NCBI GenBank assembly: GCA_965200385.1
Contig: OZ241342.1
Span: forward strand, 2,979,880-3,043,879
Length of the DNA stretch: 64,000 nt
DNA from: Caldilineaceae bacterium
GTDB taxonomy: Bacteria; Chloroflexota; Anaerolineae; Caldilineales; Caldilineaceae
Direction of reading: 5' to 3'
A model generated the notes under the pieces. That model worked only from the letters and a program-made list of their open reading frames with translations. It was not told where the DNA came from and did not search any database. Below, piece after piece: positions 60,199 to 64,000 of this stretch (position 1 is the stretch's first letter; each line of letters begins with the position of its first letter). Both the position numbers and the translations under genes were made by a program.

Positions 60199-61227
60199 TC
60201 ACAGGCCCAAGCGCTGGGCCACGTCCTCGTAATCCGGTGCTTCTGCATACAGTTTGCCATATTCCGCGCGTGCACGCTGCCGCTGCCGCAGCTGTTCATA
60301 TACCCCGGCCCGCTCATAGCGCAGAGCCCTGAGCAACAGGTCAGGGCGGTCTTTCTTGCGCCTCAGCGTGTAGGTCAAGGTATCGCGGGCAGCCTCCTGC
60401 AAACCCAAATCGCGCAGTGCGCGGGCTTTGTAGAGTAGCAGAGCACCGTGCAGTTCGGTTTCATTCTGTACATCCTGGGCCAACTGCACCACTCGCCGGC
60501 AATCATGTCCATCCGCCGGCCGGGCTTCCATCAGGCACTCGGCCAGCGACAGGCGCACCACCACATCATCGGCGTCAAGGCGCAACAGCTTCTCCAGACA
60601 GGCAATCGCATCCTGGCGCTGGCCCAGCCTCTGATACACTTCCACCAGTCCCAGCAATACCCCGCGCACCCCGGGCTCTATACGCGCCACCACTTCATCG
60701 GTAACGGGCAACATGGTTTGGGACTCCATGCCGTATTTGGCAAAGTACCGACCCAGATGGTCGGACTTGTCCAGGGCACTCTGCAAACAGAGCGCAGCAG
60801 TGTCCAGCTGCAGCTGACGCAAGGCCAGAAATCCAGCCAGATACGCACCGTCTGCCAGATGCATGGCCTCCTGCAGGATCGCCAGGGCCCCGGTTTCATC
60901 ACCCTGGCACAGCCGCTGACAGCCTTCCACCAGTTTCTGTTCTTCCTTCGGTGTGCTCAGGCGCTGAAAAAAATTCAGGGTCAATTTCTCAGCTCCGGAA
61001 CTGGCAGGTTCAGGTGCGGGCTTCCGGGTCGCCTGTGCCCCTGCCGGGGCGAGTTGCTTGGTGTAGTAGATGCCGGTTCCCGGCAACCCGGCGGATACCC
61101 GTTTGCCACGTGGCCCAACCGTCAGCTTGGCTCCGCGCGGACCCAGCGAAACGGATCCCCCGGATTTGCTCAGGTTCAGTGAGACACCCGGCGCGATCCG
61201 TACACGCCGGAAAAAACGAATGGACAT
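60199..61227 (-). CDS. DUF4236-domain protein with C-terminal TPR-like repeats
   Basis: MSIRFFRRVRIAPGVSLNLSKSGGSVSLGPRGAKLTVG is the DUF4236 pattern as I recall it. Helical repeat region follows. Confidence 0.6.
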   Translation of the reverse strand: MSIRFFRRVRIAPGVSLNLSKSGGSVSLGPRGAKLTVGPRGKRVSAGLPGTGIYYTKQLAPAGAQATRKPAPEPASSGAEKLTLNFFQRLSTPKEEQKLVEGCQRLCQGDETGALAILQEAMHLADGAYLAGFLALRQLQLDTAALCLQSALDKSDHLGRYFAKYGMESQTMLPVTDEVVARIEPGVRGVLLGLVEVYQRLGQRQDAIACLEKLLRLDADDVVVRLSLAECLMEARPADGHDCRRVVQLAQDVQNETELHGALLLYKARALRDLGLQEAARDTLTYTLRRKKDRPDLLLRALRYERAGVYEQLRQRQRARAEYGKLYAEAPDYEDVAQRLGL

Positions 61228-61518
61228 GACTTATTCACATAGGGTGGCAACGAAGCCGGGACTGTCTCCGGTACAAGGTACGCCTTACCTTACTCCATGC
61301 CCTGAGCGAGAAGAAAGTTTCATCCATCGTGCCCGCTCTGGCATACAGGATTTCTGCCCACAATCCTGTGTGCAGGCCCGGGCCTGCAGATTGTCGTGGC
61401 AACGGGACACGAGGTGCGCCTGGGCTATGGCATAATGGTCATGCCTCGTCGTCAATGGTTGGTACCTCCCAGGAGTGGCTGTGGCCAGCTCCGGAACCGA
61501 TCCCGGTGAGGTTTTTTA

Positions 61519-62793
61519 TTGCTCGTCTGTGGCGATTTTCACTTCGTTCCGGAGAAACTTCTGACTCGCTCTTCCCTTTCTCCTGGGCTTGACCCGGCCG
61601 TGGTCACCAAGTGGGCCATCTGGCTCTTGATGCTGACGTCAGCATCCTTGACCAGTGCCGCGCCGCGCATGGCCCTGGCCGTCCTGTTTCCGGAAATCGC
61701 GCAGGATCTGCAACTGAACCTGGTCCAGATTGGCCTGATTTGGGGTACGGAAACCCTGACCGGGATCGTGGCCTCGGTACTGGGGGGCAGCCTGAGTGAT
61801 CGGTATGGCGCCCGTGCCTCCCTCGTGACCGGTTGTGTGCTGGCCGGGCTGTTTGGCCTGGCCCGGAGTTATGCACCCAATTTCGCCGTCCTGCTGGCGA
61901 CGTCCTTCCTGATGGGGCCCTTCCTGGCCCTGATTCCGATCAACCTGCACAAGGCCGGTGCCCAGGTGTTTCCCCGCCACCAGCTGGCAATTGCCAACGG
62001 TGGCGTGTCCCTGGGCATGGCCTTCGGGTTTATGGCCGGCGCCTTTGCCGCCGCCACCTATCTGTCCCCGGCTTTGGGCGGCTGGCAGCCGGTGCTGCGC
62101 CTGGCCGGCGGCACCAGCGTCCTGATAGGCCTGCTCTGGGCCCTGCTGCCCCGCCGGACCGGCGTGGCGAACGTCAATCAGCGTACCCTGCAGGTGGGCA
62201 TGCGACAGAGCATTCTCCATGTCTGGCGAATTCGGGATGTCCGTTTTATCTGTCTGGGGGTCGTGGGCTACGGTGCCTGCGTCGAAGGCACCCTGGGGTA
62301 TCTGCCCCTGTACCTGCGGGATATAGGCTGGCTCGAGAGCCGGGCCGATCTGGCCCTGACCACATTCCACACCGCCAGTATGGTGGCGACGATACCGCTG
62401 ACCCTGCTGTCGGATCGTTGGCGCAACCGCCAGGGGTTCCTGGTGCTGGCAGCCTGTCTGCTGGCCGCGGCGACGGCCAGCGTGCCCCTGCTGCCCGGTT
62501 CTGCCCTGTTTGTGGCCATGCTGGCCGGCGGCCTGATGCGGGATGCCTTCATGAGCATTTTCATCACCCGGCTCATGGAGAGCCCAGGCGTCGGTCCGGC
62601 CTATGCCGGGGTTGCCCTGGGCCTGGCCATGACGGGGCTGCGTCTGGGCGGTGCCCTGTCGCCGCCGACGGGCAATGCGCTGGCCACCTACGGCGCCGGT
62701 GTACCTTTCCTGTTCTGGACCCTGTTTTGTATCCTCCCCATTCTGGTCCTGGCCCGCCTGCCGGATCCCTCGCCGGAGCCGCAGACAACGTAA
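61519..62793 (+). CDS. MFS transporter
   Basis: About 12 TM helices with an MFS-like loop (LSDRYGAR). Start uncertain (TTG 61519; internal GTG/ATG possible). Confidence 0.75.
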   Translation: MLVCGDFHFVPEKLLTRSSLSPGLDPAVVTKWAIWLLMLTSASLTSAAPRMALAVLFPEIAQDLQLNLVQIGLIWGTETLTGIVASVLGGSLSDRYGARASLVTGCVLAGLFGLARSYAPNFAVLLATSFLMGPFLALIPINLHKAGAQVFPRHQLAIANGGVSLGMAFGFMAGAFAAATYLSPALGGWQPVLRLAGGTSVLIGLLWALLPRRTGVANVNQRTLQVGMRQSILHVWRIRDVRFICLGVVGYGACVEGTLGYLPLYLRDIGWLESRADLALTTFHTASMVATIPLTLLSDRWRNRQGFLVLAACLLAAATASVPLLPGSALFVAMLAGGLMRDAFMSIFITRLMESPGVGPAYAGVALGLAMTGLRLGGALSPPTGNALATYGAGVPFLFWTLFCILPILVLARLPDPSPEPQTT

Positions 62794-63107
62794 TGCACAG
62801 CGCGCTGTGCGTTGCCTGCAGTCCGAGCCCCGGTCCTGGCCGCACGGTACCCGGACAATCTGGCTGGTCCGCCTTGACGTTCTGGCCTGAGCGGGGCTGT
62901 TGACGTGGACTGCCTGATGCAGGTGCAGATGGCGGTGGGCCGCCGGTTCTGCTGCAGGTGGTCTGCCACCCGGGCAACGCCGTTCCGTCCCGGGGCCCTG
63001 CCTGTCATCGGCACAAATTATAAAAGTGTCGCTCATGACAGACCCCGCAGATTCCCGATCCATGCCGGTGCGGGGCCAATATGCCTTTGCCCGGCTTGGC
63101 TGAAAGC

Positions 63108-63136
63108 TTGGCAGGGATGCGCAAATCTGACATAAT
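63108..63136 (+). promoter_or_regulatory. Putative sigma-70-type promoter
   Basis: TTGGCA, 17 nt, CATAAT, about 90 nt upstream of ATG 63227. Confidence 0.35.
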
Positions 63137-63226
63137 AGCGCACAGTCCTGTCCCGGCATACCGGTGTACCCAATTCCCCATCGGCATGCCCGCGGGCTAT
63201 ACGGACAACCAAAACCAGGAGGTTCC

Positions 63227-64000
63227 ATGAACACTCGGAATTTGTCAAGACGTGGATTTCTGCGCAGTATGGCCGGTGCCGGTGCGGCAGCAGCCCTGGT
63301 TGCCTGTGTACCTGCGGCACCAGCCGGAGACCCGGCCGGGATGGCGAGTACAGACGAAGCGGTCGTGGAAGTCCTGATGTTCGATCGCAACGTGGTGCAG
63401 GATCTCGAGTACCGCAAGGAACTGGCCGAGCGGTTCAACGCCTCCCAGGAGGGTATCCAGGTCACCGTGGACGTCATTCCACAGGGCTACGACCAAACCA
63501 TCATGGCCCGCATCGCCGGGGGCACGGCCGGTGACGCCTTCCGTCACGCCTCGCACTTTGGCATGAGCAAGTTCACCACCCGGGGCCTGCTCCAGGAACT
63601 GGATGAATTCGTAGCCCTGGACGACTACGACCTGTCTGTGTTCATTGAGGGACCACTCAGTTCCAACCGGATAGACGGCAAGCTCTATGCCTTGCCTGTC
63701 AACGGGCACGCCGGGCATGCCGGCCTGTATTTCGCACCCGAGATCTTTGCCGACGCCGGGGTCGATCTGCCCACGGAAGACTGGACTTATGACGATTTCC
63801 GTGACGCCGCACTCCTGTTGACCCGGGACACCGATGACGATGGCAAGGCGGACAGCTGGGGTACCTGGTTCGGGGCCTGGTATCAGGCCAACCTGACCCT
63901 GATTTCCGCGCACGACGGCTGGCCCCTGAACGAGGACGGTACCAAGGCCACCTGGGGCGAGCCGGGTGCCGTGGCGGGCATGCAATGGATTCAGGACATG
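63227..64000 (+). CDS. ABC transporter solute-binding lipoprotein (carbohydrate type), 3' end beyond window
   Basis: AGGAGG 5 nt upstream. Tat motif SRRGFLRS and lipobox LVAC. Frame stays open to the window end. Confidence 0.8.
   Translation, partial: MNTRNLSRRGFLRSMAGAGAAAALVACVPAAPAGDPAGMASTDEAVVEVLMFDRNVVQDLEYRKELAERFNASQEGIQVTVDVIPQGYDQTIMARIAGGTAGDAFRHASHFGMSKFTTRGLLQELDEFVALDDYDLSVFIEGPLSSNRIDGKLYALPVNGHAGHAGLYFAPEIFADAGVDLPTEDWTYDDFRDAALLLTRDTDDDGKADSWGTWFGAWYQANLTLISAHDGWPLNEDGTKATWGEPGAVAGMQWIQDM

Noticed and set aside
61639-63477. 612-aa minus-strand ORF
   Set aside because: It is antisense to the MFS transporter and to the start of the binding-protein gene. It is Gly/Arg/Gln/Pro-rich with no motifs.

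Overview
High-GC bacterial chromosomal window (possibly Chloroflexota-like; weak inference from gene content). It is densely packed and mostly housekeeping. Main content: mutS2 3' part; HD/moaB/GT2/methyltransferase/truD block; tRNA-Val followed by a T-box leader and thrS; infC-rpmI-rplT; a CUT1-type sugar ABC operon carrying a large unknown protein; amtB; tRNA-Leu; mltG; a GDP-6-deoxyhexose cluster (gmd plus reductase); pheT; a divergent P-II protein; a LysM/L,D-transpeptidase; a copA, cytochrome c, ccmH, tlpA, ccmF cluster; folC-glyA; SCO; thpR; proBA; recF-holA; tkt; ggt; an MFS transporter; a second sugar-binding lipoprotein. No CRISPR array, cas genes, reverse transcriptase or rRNA were seen. 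The most unusual content is a family of TnpB (RNA-guided nuclease) insertion elements present in three states. One copy is intact and sits inside the ccm operon (40706-42038). One copy is frameshifted (18249-19585) and is flanked by an exact 8-bp direct repeat. One is a chimeric remnant (32702-33690) in which a tnpB 5' piece is fused to a decayed IS1595-family DDE transposase. All three are bounded by the same inverted terminal motif, GGGG(A/T)(C/T)TATATACG. Terminal inverted repeats plus a target-site duplication are not the canonical IS200/IS605 architecture, so a DDE-mobilised TnpB element is a hypothesis worth testing. Other points of interest: a likely AUC start on infC; a G14 homopolymer in a divergent promoter region; a low-GC orphan gene next to the IS remnant; a P-II protein lacking the T-loop tyrosine; a stand-alone DUF4062-like protein. 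Many long ORFs antisense to real genes are high-GC shadow ORFs and were rejected.
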